This document shows, piece after piece, positions 26,768 through 35,629 of a stretch of 64,000 nt of DNA (the first letter of the stretch is position 1; each line of letters starts with the position of its first letter). The position numbers and the translations under genes are program-made. Source of the stretch: Clostridia bacterium (lineage in GTDB: Bacteria; Bacillota; Clostridia; Christensenellales; CAG-917); NCBI GenBank assembly GCA_017461985.1, contig JAFTSA010000004.1, positions 198,053 to 262,052 on the forward strand, written 5' to 3'. A model generated the notes under the pieces. That model ran no database searches. It saw nothing but the letters and a program-made list of their open reading frames with translations, and had not been told where the DNA came from.

Positions 26768-27098
26768 CAATCTAAAACAGGTGAACGACACCGAAAGTGT
26801 TGTTGGCAAACCAATTGTGTCAGCAGATGGCACTGTGATTTTGCCTGTGGTGAAACTCAGCGCAGGCTACGTCATTGGCGCAGGCGGTGACAAAAGAAAG
26901 GCAAATGACACAGGGGAAAAGGGTGTCAATGCTGGTGTAGGCGGTGGCGGAGTGTCGGTGACACCAGTGGGTTTTCTCATTTGTGGAAGAGAAAAGCGGT
27001 TTGTGTCCGTTGACAAAACCACGGACAGCAAGTGGATGGACCTTTTGAAGACCGCTGTCAACACCTTTAAGGGAGACGATTTAGATGACAGAACTTAG
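26733..27098 (+). CDS. ytfJ: GerW/YtfJ-family sporulation protein
   Basis: VVGKPIVSADGTVILPVVKLSAGY..GAGG...GGGGVSVTPVGFLI. Confidence 0.85.
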   Translation: MELNEILKQTIDNLKQVNDTESVVGKPIVSADGTVILPVVKLSAGYVIGAGGDKRKANDTGEKGVNAGVGGGGVSVTPVGFLICGREKRFVSVDKTTDSKWMDLLKTAVNTFKGDDLDDRT

Positions 27099-28101
27099 CA
27101 ACATAACTGAAAGGAAATCTATTGTAAGGACGGCGTTTGTCGTCTTGATTTTTGCTGTAATTTTTATTTCTATTTTCAGCACAATATCAATTTATGTTTT
27201 CGAAGAAAACAATTTGAGTGAAAACGGACTTGCTCTTGCGCTGGATAGAGCATCAAGAGGAGCAGTCTGCATTGAGTGGACAACAAAGAAAGTGTTGTAT
27301 GGAGACGGCGAAAACAATAAAACCTTTCCGGCCAGTACAACAAAAATCTTGACCGCACTTGTCGTCCTAGAAAATTTGCAACTTAATCAAAAAATTAAGA
27401 TACCTAAAGAGGCGGTGGGAATTGAAGGAAGTTCATTATATTTGCGAGTGGGAGAAATACTGACTGTTGAAGATTTACTATACGGAATGATGTTGAGAAG
27501 TGGCAACGATGCTGCAGTTGCTCTTGCTATTGCTGTCTCTGGAAACATATCCGACTTTGCAAAGAAAATGAACGAAAAAGCAGTTGAATGTGGGGCAGTC
27601 AACTCAAATTTTGAAAATCCTCACGGACTTCATCATCCAAATCACTATACAACCGCTTATGACCTTGCTTTGATAACTGCAGAAGCCATGAAAAATTCGT
27701 ATTTTAGGACGATAATTTCAATGCAAAAAGCAAGGATTGGGGAAGGTGAAAGTGCCCGTGTAATTGCCAACAAAAACAAGATGCTTCACCTATACGATGG
27801 AGCAAACGGCGTGAAGACAGGATACACAAAAAATAGCGGTAGATGCTTGGTTTCTTCTGCAAAACGCAACGGGATGCAGTTGATTGCGGTAGTCTTGAAT
27901 CACGGAGATATGTGGGGAGATAGCATGAGCATTTTGGACTACGGCTTTGACAACTATATGATGGTTGACACTGAACTTTTGCACCTCTACGGTGACTATG
28001 GAAAATCCGCCCTTGATGATATTAAAAACACCCCAAATCTATCTTGTTTAACCCGCTATCCTGTGCCGAAAATTGCCTTATATCATCAAAAAACTCGGTG
28101 A
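27085..28101 (+). CDS. D-alanyl-D-alanine carboxypeptidase family serine hydrolase
   Basis: N-terminal TM segment plus STTK (SxxK), SGNDAA (SxN) and KTGYT. Confidence 0.85.
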   Translation: MTELSNITERKSIVRTAFVVLIFAVIFISIFSTISIYVFEENNLSENGLALALDRASRGAVCIEWTTKKVLYGDGENNKTFPASTTKILTALVVLENLQLNQKIKIPKEAVGIEGSSLYLRVGEILTVEDLLYGMMLRSGNDAAVALAIAVSGNISDFAKKMNEKAVECGAVNSNFENPHGLHHPNHYTTAYDLALITAEAMKNSYFRTIISMQKARIGEGESARVIANKNKMLHLYDGANGVKTGYTKNSGRCLVSSAKRNGMQLIAVVLNHGDMWGDSMSILDYGFDNYMMVDTELLHLYGDYGKSALDDIKNTPNLSCLTRYPVPKIALYHQKTR

Positions 28102-28110
28102 TTGACCTGT

Positions 28111-28140
28111 CACGTGCGCACAAAACGCTTGCACGACACG
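28111..28140. repeat. GC-rich alternating purine/pyrimidine element (weaker copy, upstream of and overlapping the rluB -35)
   Basis: CACGTGCGCACA (12 nt of perfect alternation, contains the palindrome GTGCGCAC), then ACGC, TGCACG and ACACG. Confidence 0.5.
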
Positions 28141-28184
28141 AAATAAAATAGTATAATACTATCACTAATATAGGTGGTAGTATT

Positions 28185-28922
28185 ATGCGACTTAACAAAT
28201 ACCTTGCAGAATGCGGAGTTTGCTCCCGCCGTAAAGCTGACGAACTCATCGCATCAGGTAAAGTTTCAGTAAACAGAAAGGTTATCATTGAACTTGGTGC
28301 AACCGTTGACGAAACAAAGGACGTTGTCTTTGTGGACGGCAAAAAAGTGTTGCCCGTCACTCACTATGAATACGTCATGTTCAACAAACCCAAGGGATGC
28401 ATCACTTCAACAAGTGATGAAAAGGGAAGAAAGACTGTTTACGACTATTTCGATGAAGAATTCAAATCAAAAAGACTGATTCCTGTCGGCAGACTTGACT
28501 ACGACAGTGAAGGTCTTTTGCTTTTTACAAATGACGGAGCACTGACTCACAAGCTTACTCACCCCTCAAGCGAAATTCCCAAAACGTATATCGTAAAAAT
28601 CGAAGGCGAAATCGTAGAAAGCGATCTCGCTATTTTGCGTAAAGGCGTTGTCGTTGACGGAGTGCGCTACGGCAAGAGCAAGGTGAAAGTATTGGCAACT
28701 GAAAAGATCAAAACCAATGATGGTGAAAGAACTTTGACTCGTCTTGAAGTCATCATTACCGAAGGTAAAAATAGAGAAGTACGCCGTATGTTTGAAGCCG
28801 TTGAAAAGAACGTGGTGTTTTTGAAACGTGTTGCAATCGGCGATTTGCGACTGGGCGGACTTTCCCGCGGTGGCAACAGAGAATTGAACGATTTTGAGGT
28901 GGCATACCTCCAAAAACTGTAA
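28185..28922 (+). CDS. rluB: 23S rRNA pseudouridine synthase RluB family
   Basis: S4 domain (MRLNKYLAECGVCSRRKA) and catalytic GRLDYDSEGLLL. Confidence 0.9.
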   Translation: MRLNKYLAECGVCSRRKADELIASGKVSVNRKVIIELGATVDETKDVVFVDGKKVLPVTHYEYVMFNKPKGCITSTSDEKGRKTVYDYFDEEFKSKRLIPVGRLDYDSEGLLLFTNDGALTHKLTHPSSEIPKTYIVKIEGEIVESDLAILRKGVVVDGVRYGKSKVKVLATEKIKTNDGERTLTRLEVIITEGKNREVRRMFEAVEKNVVFLKRVAIGDLRLGGLSRGGNRELNDFEVAYLQKL

Positions 28923-28923
28923 T

Positions 28924-29685
28924 ATGAAAATTCTGCTCACCAACGACGACGGATACAAAGCGCAAGGTTTGTTGCAACTGGCAATAGAACTTGCAAAGCA
29001 TCACGAAGTGCACATCGTAGCACCTGACAGTGAAAGGTCAGGGGCAGGTCACTCCGTGACTTTTTGGCGAGCACTGAATTATAAGGAAATTGACACAAAA
29101 ACCCTCACTGACGGCAAACTTGACGTACCTTGCTATGCTCTTGACGGCACTCCTTGTGACTGCACAAAGTTTGCCATTGAGCACCTTTATCTTGGCGCAC
29201 CCTTTGACCTTATTGTGTCAGGCATTAACACTTGTCTCAACGTGGGCACTGACGCCATTTATTCAGGCACTTTCAATGCAGCACAAGAAGGCACAATCCT
29301 TGGAGTGAAAGGAGTATCTTTGTCAACGGTTGACACTGACGGAGATTATTCCTTCCCAATCCGCTTTTTCATTGAAAATATGGATGACATTTTGTCCCGT
29401 ATTCGCCCTATGGTGACTATCAACGTTAATATCCCTTCTTCTAAAGAAGAAGAAATCAAGGGAGTACGTGTTGTCAAGGGCGGTCATAGAACCTATAACG
29501 ACCACTACGTCAAAAAGGACGACGGTTTCTATACAAAGGGCGCACCTTATGACCAAAGCAACAGCCCTTATGACGATGACTGCAAGGCGGTTGACAGCGG
29601 ATATATTGCAATCACTCCTATACGCGCAATCCCTCGTGACGAGGACCTTCTTGACGACTATATTGACGTGGAGTGGGCACTATGA
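28924..29685 (+). CDS. surE: 5'/3'-nucleotidase SurE
   Basis: MKILLTNDDGY N-terminus and GINTCLNVG. Confidence 0.9.
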   Translation: MKILLTNDDGYKAQGLLQLAIELAKHHEVHIVAPDSERSGAGHSVTFWRALNYKEIDTKTLTDGKLDVPCYALDGTPCDCTKFAIEHLYLGAPFDLIVSGINTCLNVGTDAIYSGTFNAAQEGTILGVKGVSLSTVDTDGDYSFPIRFFIENMDDILSRIRPMVTINVNIPSSKEEEIKGVRVVKGGHRTYNDHYVKKDDGFYTKGAPYDQSNSPYDDDCKAVDSGYIAITPIRAIPRDEDLLDDYIDVEWAL

Positions 29686-30914
29686 AGATTGTAGTAATCG
29701 GTGGTGGTGCAGGGGGAATGATGAGCGCAATCTACGCTGCAAGAGCAGGCGCAGAGGTCATTTTGCTTGAAAAAAATGAAAAGTTGGGCAAAAAGATATA
29801 CATAACCGGCAAAGGTAGATGCAACGTGACAAACGATTGCGACGTTGAAGACTTTTTGTCAAACGTTGTTCACGGTGCGAAGTTTTTGCGCTCGGCACTA
29901 TACACGTACACACCTGCCCACACAATGGAAATGCTTGAAAATGCAGGTTTGCCCCTTGTGACTGAAAGAGGAAACAGAGTTTTCCCCTTGTCACAAAAGT
30001 CAAATGACGTCATAAAAACCCTTGCAAATGAAATGCAAAAAGCGGGAGTTGACGTCCGACTTAAAACCGAAATCAAAGAAATAAGGGTGGACGGAAACTC
30101 TTTTAGAGTTTACACCCCTTGGGAAAATATTGCTTGCGACAAAGTCATCGTGGCAACTGGTGGCGTCAGCTATCCCTCAACCGGTTCAACCGGTGACGGA
30201 TACAAGTTTGCAAAAGATTTAGGCCACAAAGTGGTCGGTCCAGTGCCCGCACTTGCGCCTTTGCAAACTGTGGAAGATGTCAAGTGTCTTGAGGGGCTGT
30301 CACTTAAAAACGTACGTCTCACCGCATACAACGGCAACGGAAAGGAAATCGCTGATGATTTTGGTGAAATGCTCTTTACAGGCAGAGGCCTCAGTGGACC
30401 TATTGCATTGACTGTGTCGTCGTTTATCAACAGAGCAGAAAAAGTCCGCTTTGAATTGGATTTGAAACCCGCTCTTGATGAAAACAAACTTGAGGCACGT
30501 ATTTTACGTGACTTTGAGGAAAGAAAGAATCTTGACGTCAAAAATGCAACCAGAGCACTTATGCCCGAAAGGCTTAATGCATACGTGCTGAAAGTGGCGG
30601 GAATTCCTGAAAATAAGAAAGTCAATTCAGTGACAAAGGAAGAGAGAGGCAGACTTCTCAAAGCCTTGAAAAATCTACCTTTCACTTTGAAACGACTTGC
30701 ACCTTTTGAGGAGGCAATCGTCACGGCAGGGGGAGTTGACACAAAAGATGTCACACCTCATATGGAAAGCAAGCATCACAAAGGACTTTACTTTGTTGGA
30801 GAAGTCCTTGACGTTGACGCACTTACAGGCGGATTCAATTTGCAAATTGCATTTGCAACTGGATATATGGCAGCAAAACACGCAACAAAAGAACTGGGAG
30901 AAGACAATGATTAA
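29682..30914 (+). CDS. HI0933/BaiN-like NAD(P)/FAD-dependent flavoprotein
   Basis: MKIVVIGGGAGGMM; GGVSYPSTGSTGDGY; C-terminal TAGGVD...VGEVLDVDALTGGFNLQ. Confidence 0.85.
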   Translation: MKIVVIGGGAGGMMSAIYAARAGAEVILLEKNEKLGKKIYITGKGRCNVTNDCDVEDFLSNVVHGAKFLRSALYTYTPAHTMEMLENAGLPLVTERGNRVFPLSQKSNDVIKTLANEMQKAGVDVRLKTEIKEIRVDGNSFRVYTPWENIACDKVIVATGGVSYPSTGSTGDGYKFAKDLGHKVVGPVPALAPLQTVEDVKCLEGLSLKNVRLTAYNGNGKEIADDFGEMLFTGRGLSGPIALTVSSFINRAEKVRFELDLKPALDENKLEARILRDFEERKNLDVKNATRALMPERLNAYVLKVAGIPENKKVNSVTKEERGRLLKALKNLPFTLKRLAPFEEAIVTAGGVDTKDVTPHMESKHHKGLYFVGEVLDVDALTGGFNLQIAFATGYMAAKHATKELGEDND

Positions 30915-31572
30915 CATCGCAATTGACGGACCTGCGGGCGCAGGCAAGAGCACAGTGGCAAAAGCCGTAGCGAAGGAACTTGGCATCATCTATCTTGATA
31001 CAGGCGCAATGTATCGTGCAACGGCATACACGGCAATCAAAAACGGCATTGACGTCAGTGACGAAGTGGGCGTAGGCGAAATGCTCAAAACCCTCACAAT
31101 GGACGTGGTCTATGAAGACGGCGCACAACAAATCATTGTCAATGGTTTCAACACAACTCCTTATCTCCGCGAGCACTATATGTCAAAAGCAGCAAGCGAT
31201 ATTTCAGCGCTCCCTTGTGTGAGATATAAACTTGTTGACATTCAAAGAGAACTTGCCAAAACCTACGACCTTGTCCTTGACGGAAGAGATATTGGCACTT
31301 TTGTGCTTCCTGACGCCAACTGCAAGATTTTCCTCGTTGCATCAGCAGAAGAAAGAGCAAAGCGCAGAGTTGAAGAAAATAGACTGAAAGGACAGGAAAG
31401 TGATTTCGACATAGTCCTTAAAGATATAAAGCAAAGAGATTACAACGACTCTCACCGTGAAGTTGCGCCTTTGAAAAAGGCGGATGACGCGGTGGAACTT
31501 GACACAACCACTATGACAATCCCCGAAGTCGTCGAGGCAGTTATCAGTTTGGTGAAGGAGAAAATCAAATGA
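30907..31572 (+). CDS. cmk: Cytidylate kinase
   Basis: IAIDGPAGAGKST P-loop and DTGAMYR. Confidence 0.95.
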   Translation: MINIAIDGPAGAGKSTVAKAVAKELGIIYLDTGAMYRATAYTAIKNGIDVSDEVGVGEMLKTLTMDVVYEDGAQQIIVNGFNTTPYLREHYMSKAASDISALPCVRYKLVDIQRELAKTYDLVLDGRDIGTFVLPDANCKIFLVASAEERAKRRVEENRLKGQESDFDIVLKDIKQRDYNDSHREVAPLKKADDAVELDTTTMTIPEVVEAVISLVKEKIK

Positions 31573-32225
31573 AATTGTACGGATTTTTCAGATTTTTCTT
31601 GAATCCTCTTGCAAAAATTTTGTGGCCCACAACGGTCATAAACAGACAAAACTACAAAAATTTTGGCGGTGGAATGATCATCTGCAATCACTATTCATCT
31701 CTTGATGGTGTTGTCATCGGTTCGCGCCTTATCCAAAGGGATATGAACGTCCTCATCAAAAAGGAAGCCTTTGAAGAATCAAAAATCAGCAACTGGTTTT
31801 TGCGCTCAGTTGGTGGCATTCCCGTAAATAGAGGGGAGCCCGACCTTCAAGCAATCAAAGCAGTTATGAATGTTTTGAAGGATGAAAAGAAACAACTTGT
31901 CATTTTCCCCGAAGGCACAAGAAACCGCGCAAATGATGATTCTATCAAGCCTTTTAAGCACGGAACGGCTCGTTTTGCTATAAAAGCAAAGCGCAGAATT
32001 TTGCCTGTAATGTATTATAGAAGATTGCGCCCCTTCAAGCGCAACTATATGTACGTTGGCGAGCCCATTGATATGAGCCAATTTTACGGCGACAAACCCA
32101 CTGAAGAAAACAAGGAAAGAGCAACGGCATATCTTTACGAAAAGATGCTTGAAACACGCCGTCTTTGCAATGAAGCAGTGGAAGAAATTATGGCAAAAAA
32201 GAACAGGAAAAAGTGTAAAAAATGA
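31569..32225 (+). CDS. plsC: 1-acyl-sn-glycerol-3-phosphate acyltransferase
   Basis: NHYSSLD (HX4D) and FPEGTR motifs; ATGA overlap with cmk. Confidence 0.85.
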   Translation: MKLYGFFRFFLNPLAKILWPTTVINRQNYKNFGGGMIICNHYSSLDGVVIGSRLIQRDMNVLIKKEAFEESKISNWFLRSVGGIPVNRGEPDLQAIKAVMNVLKDEKKQLVIFPEGTRNRANDDSIKPFKHGTARFAIKAKRRILPVMYYRRLRPFKRNYMYVGEPIDMSQFYGDKPTEENKERATAYLYEKMLETRRLCNEAVEEIMAKKNRKKCKK

Positions 32226-34531
32226 ATATCTACGTGGCTAAAAGTGCAGGATTTTGTGGTGGAGTTGCCGGTGCTGTCAACAAGGCTCTGGAACTTGCCG
32301 AAAAACACTCCAAGGTGTACACCCTTGGGGAACTTGTGCATAACGAATTGGTCACGGAATACTTGAAAGAGAGAGGGGTGGAGGCACTCCCCGAAAGTCA
32401 GTGGAAAAATTTGAAAGCAGGTGACGTTGCCCTCATTAGAGCCCACGGCATACCCCTGGAACTTGAAGAGGAATTGAGGGAGAAGGGTGTCGTGCTTCAC
32501 GACGCAACTTGCAAAGTTGTGAAGAAGATACATCACATCGTTGACGAAAGACACGAGGCTGGAGATTTCGTCTACGTAGTGGGTGACAAAAATCACGATG
32601 AAGTCGTTGGCACGTTCAGTCATACAAGAGGGGACGGCGCAATCATTTCTGAGGAAGAAGAGGTCAAAATTTCGTCCAAACCTTGCTCAATCGTCTTTCA
32701 AACCACCATTTTGGCAGATAAATATCAAAAATTTTGCGATTTTGTTGTAAATTTGCAAAAAAACACCGATAAATCGTTTGGCATTTTTGATACAATTTGT
32801 TATACTACAAAAGCAAGACAGGATGAAACACGTGCGCTCGCACAGGAATACGATGCGGTTTTAGTGCTTGGCAGTCATACTAGCGCCAACACACGCCGAC
32901 TGTACGAGGTGGCAAAAGAAGTCAACGACAACGTCTTCTTTGTGGAAAATCCGTCTCAATTAAATCAGTTAAGAAACAAACAATTTTATAGCATTTCAAT
33001 CGTGGCAGGAGCATCAACTCCACCGTGGTTGATTCAGGAGGTAACAAAACTTATGAGTGAAACTCTCAACAACACAGTTGAAGTGAAAGAAGAAGCAACA
33101 CTTCAAGCACAAGCAAACGCCGCAGATGTAGCTGAAAAAGAGCTTACAATGGAAGACATAGTCAAATCAGACCGTGCCATGGGTTATGCCAACTACAAGA
33201 AAGGCAAGAAATATGACGGCATCGTCCTCAACGCAGACGAAAACGGTATCTATGTCGGAATGCAAATCGGCAAAAAAGACGGTTTCATTGATAAGGCTGA
33301 CGCAGAAGTAGATGGCACATACGATCCCGCAAACTACAAGAAAGGCGACAGCATCTCCGGTATCTACACTGGCGAAAGCAACAAGGATTATATCCTTCTC
33401 TCAAAGAAAGAAGTTGATCTCAAGGTCCTTGAAGACGCAGAAGCAGAAAAGGCACTCGCCGGTGGCGAATTTGACCTCACCATCACCGAAGTCGTCAAAG
33501 GCGGTCTTCGTGGCAGACTTGGTTCATACACCGTGTTTGTTCCCGCAAGCCACGTCAAGATGGGTTATGTGAAGAACCTTGAAGACTACAAAGGCAAGAC
33601 ACTCCACGTTGTCCAACTCAACGAAGAAGCAGCAGAAGGCGAAGATGAGAAGGCAGGCAAGAAGTCAAGATTCATTGTTGCATCAGCAAAGAAATATCTC
33701 GAAAGAGAAAAGCAAGCAAAAGAAGACGAATTCTGGAACAGCATTCATGTTCATGATATCGTCAACGGCAAAGTTAAGAGATTTACAGCATTCGGTGCAT
33801 TTGTCAGCGTAAAGGGCTTTGATTGCCTCGCACACATCTCCGAACTCAGCTGGAACAAGATCACCGATCCTAGCACAGTCCTCACAATCGGCGAAAGCTA
33901 TGACTTCGTCGTTCTCAAGATGGACAGAGCAACTGGCAAGATTTCTCTCGGCTACAAGCAACTCCAAAAGAAGCCCTATGAAGCAGCAGCAGAAAGATTC
34001 CCCGTTGGCACAGTGATCAAGGGCAAAGTTGAAAGAATCTTCTCATATGGCGCATTCATCTCCATCTGCGAAGGCGTTGACGGTCTTGTCCACGTTTCAC
34101 AAATCTCACACAACTGGATCAAAGATGCAAACGAAGTGTTGAAGGCTGGTGAAGAAGTCGAAGCAAAGATCATCGGCTTCGAAGAAAACCGCATCACACT
34201 TTCAATCAAGGAACTCCTTCCCGCACCCGAAGTCGTAGAAGAAGCACCTGCAACAGAAGGCGAAGCACCTGCAGAAAAACCCAAGAAGAACGCACGCATC
34301 AAGAAGTTCGAAGAAAAGGTTGCAGAAGGTGAAGAAAAGAGAGAACGTCGTCCTCGCAAGGCAGCAGCAGAAACAACTGCAGAACCCAAGGAATTCATCG
34401 CTGGCAGTTCAAGTGCATCACTTGGCGATCTCTTCAAAGGCTTGAAGCTTGATCTCGAAGCAGAAGAAGCAGCAGAAGAAGCACCCAAGAAAAAGACAAC
34501 CCGCAAAAAGAAGACCGAAGATGCTGAATAA
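32222..34531 (+). CDS. ispH: Fusion of 4-hydroxy-3-methylbut-2-enyl diphosphate reductase (IspH/LytB) and ribosomal protein S1
   Basis: N-terminal ~280 aa is IspH (GFCGGV, HNE, ASTP). It is followed by four S1 OB-fold repeats and a Lys/Glu/Ala-rich tail. Confidence 0.9.
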   Translation: MNIYVAKSAGFCGGVAGAVNKALELAEKHSKVYTLGELVHNELVTEYLKERGVEALPESQWKNLKAGDVALIRAHGIPLELEEELREKGVVLHDATCKVVKKIHHIVDERHEAGDFVYVVGDKNHDEVVGTFSHTRGDGAIISEEEEVKISSKPCSIVFQTTILADKYQKFCDFVVNLQKNTDKSFGIFDTICYTTKARQDETRALAQEYDAVLVLGSHTSANTRRLYEVAKEVNDNVFFVENPSQLNQLRNKQFYSISIVAGASTPPWLIQEVTKLMSETLNNTVEVKEEATLQAQANAADVAEKELTMEDIVKSDRAMGYANYKKGKKYDGIVLNADENGIYVGMQIGKKDGFIDKADAEVDGTYDPANYKKGDSISGIYTGESNKDYILLSKKEVDLKVLEDAEAEKALAGGEFDLTITEVVKGGLRGRLGSYTVFVPASHVKMGYVKNLEDYKGKTLHVVQLNEEAAEGEDEKAGKKSRFIVASAKKYLEREKQAKEDEFWNSIHVHDIVNGKVKRFTAFGAFVSVKGFDCLAHISELSWNKITDPSTVLTIGESYDFVVLKMDRATGKISLGYKQLQKKPYEAAAERFPVGTVIKGKVERIFSYGAFISICEGVDGLVHVSQISHNWIKDANEVLKAGEEVEAKIIGFEENRITLSIKELLPAPEVVEEAPATEGEAPAEKPKKNARIKKFEEKVAEGEEKRERRPRKAAAETTAEPKEFIAGSSSASLGDLFKGLKLDLEAEEAAEEAPKKKTTRKKKTEDAE

Positions 34532-34542
34532 TCAGCTCAATG

Positions 34543-34571
34543 AAAAGCCTCTCGTTTGAGAGGCTTTTTTA
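34543..34571 (+). terminator. Intrinsic terminator after ispH-rpsA
   Basis: AGCCTCTC/GAGAGGCT stem followed by T6. Confidence 0.85.
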
Positions 34572-34601
34572 TTCGAAAAAAATATATGCAAAGGCAAAAA
34601 T

Positions 34602-34629
34602 AAAAATCCTACGTAGTAGGATTTTTTTT
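34602..34629. terminator. Bidirectional hairpin terminator (serves rnhA on the - strand)
   Basis: A5-ATCCTAC/GTAGGAT-T8. Confidence 0.75.
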
Positions 34630-34646
34630 GTTAAACATATGAGGGC

Positions 34647-35123
34647 TTAGAAGGGCAAGGAATCGAGGGCAATGGTCTTTTGCAACTCTTTGATTGCGCC
34701 ACGAGCCAAAGTGTCACAGCGATTGTTGAGCTCATTGTCAGCATGTCCTTTGACTTTGATGAAAGTGACGTCGTGCTTTTTCATAAGGGCAAGAAGTTCC
34801 TTCCAAAGGTCCACGTTCTTCACGTCGTCTTTCCCAGAAGTTCTCCAACCATTTATTGCCCAACTATAAATCCAACCTTCGTTGATTGCATTGACAGAGT
34901 AGGCACTGTCGCTATAGACGTTGACGATTGCAGAGGCGTCTTTGATTGCTTTCAACCCTTCAATGATGGCTCTAAGTTCCATACGATTGTTTGTGGTTTC
35001 TGCCTCTGCGCCTGAAATCTCTTTCTTGTGTTGCTTGTATATGAGAACAGCAGCCCAACCACCAACACCGGGGTTGCCACTGCAAGCACCATCTGTATAA
35101 AGAGTAATTTCACGTTTTGTCAT
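34647..35123 (-). CDS. rnhA: Ribonuclease HI
   Basis: TLYTDGACSGNPGVGGWAAV, NNRMEL and HADNELNNRCD. ATG at 35123; the ORF-track start is upstream. Confidence 0.9.
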   Translation of the reverse strand: MTKREITLYTDGACSGNPGVGGWAAVLIYKQHKKEISGAEAETTNNRMELRAIIEGLKAIKDASAIVNVYSDSAYSVNAINEGWIYSWAINGWRTSGKDDVKNVDLWKELLALMKKHDVTFIKVKGHADNELNNRCDTLARGAIKELQKTIALDSLPF

Positions 35124-35193
35124 AGCACGTCCTACCAAAATGATGGAAAATGCAAAAAATGCATATCTTTGTTGCTTTAATAATACTAAATGT

Positions 35194-35222
35194 TTGACTT
35201 TTTGTCCATACATTGCTATAAT
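35194..35222 (+). promoter_or_regulatory. sigmaA promoter for tRNA-Trp (TTGACT-17-TATAAT)
   Basis: TTGACT at 35194-35199 and TATAAT at 35217-35222, 18 nt before the tRNA 5' end. Confidence 0.7.
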
Positions 35223-35240
35223 TTACTAGCATAAAAATTT

Positions 35241-35315
35241 AGGGGGGTGGCTCAACGGTAGAGCAGCGGTCTCCAAAACCGCCGGTTGCGTGTTCGAATC
35301 GCGTCCCCCCTGCCA
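35241..35315 (+). tRNA. trnW: tRNA-Trp (anticodon CCA), CCA end encoded
   Basis: Manual cloverleaf: acceptor AGGGGGG/CCCCCCT, D arm GCTC..GAGC, anticodon arm GCGGT-CTCCAAA-ACCGC, T loop TTCGAAT. Confidence 0.9.
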
Positions 35316-35345
35316 AAAGACCAAGTCGTTAGACTTGGTTTTTTG
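35316..35345 (+). terminator. Intrinsic terminator after tRNA-Trp (CCAAGTC/GACTTGG hairpin family)
   Basis: AAAAGACCAAGTC-GTTA-GACTTGGTTTTTT. Confidence 0.85.
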
Positions 35346-35479
35346 TTTATGCAGGGTAGCGATTCTCACACGCAACTTGTCCGCGACGGCAACGAAATGC
35401 CTTGCGTCCATGGTTGCGTCTGACGTTCAAACACAATGCAAAAATGCGTGTTTTCACTATTCCGTCGCCTTGCTCCTCA

Positions 35480-35537
35480 CGAATCGCGTCCCCCCTGCCA
35501 AAAGACCAAGTCGCAAGACTTGGTTTTTTTGTTTATG
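35480..35537 (+). repeat. Direct duplicate of the tRNA-Trp 3' end (from the T-loop through CCA) plus its terminator
   Basis: 35480-35513 is identical to 35295-35328 (CGAATCGCGTCCCCCCTGCCAAAAGACCAAGTCG). The hairpin loop differs (CA vs TT), there is one extra T, then GTTTATG is shared. Confidence 0.9.
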
Positions 35538-35547
35538 TATAGAGGCA

Positions 35548-35580
35548 GTGCGTATATTATATAGTGCGCGCATACGCGCA
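35548..35580. repeat. GC-rich alternating purine/pyrimidine element (between two terminators, not in a 5' UTR)
   Basis: GTGCGTATAT, TATATA, then GTGCGCGCATACGCGCA (17 nt of perfect alternation). Contains a GCGTAT/ATACGC stem. Confidence 0.65.
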
Positions 35581-35618
35581 AAATAAAATTGCCGACGTTT
35601 GTCGGCAATTTGTTTTTG
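35581..35618. terminator. Bidirectional terminator hairpin downstream of the PadR-like gene
   Basis: AATTGCCGAC-GTTT-GTCGGCAATT with T-rich flanks on both strands. Confidence 0.8.
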
Positions 35619-35629
35619 ATGCTATGTAA

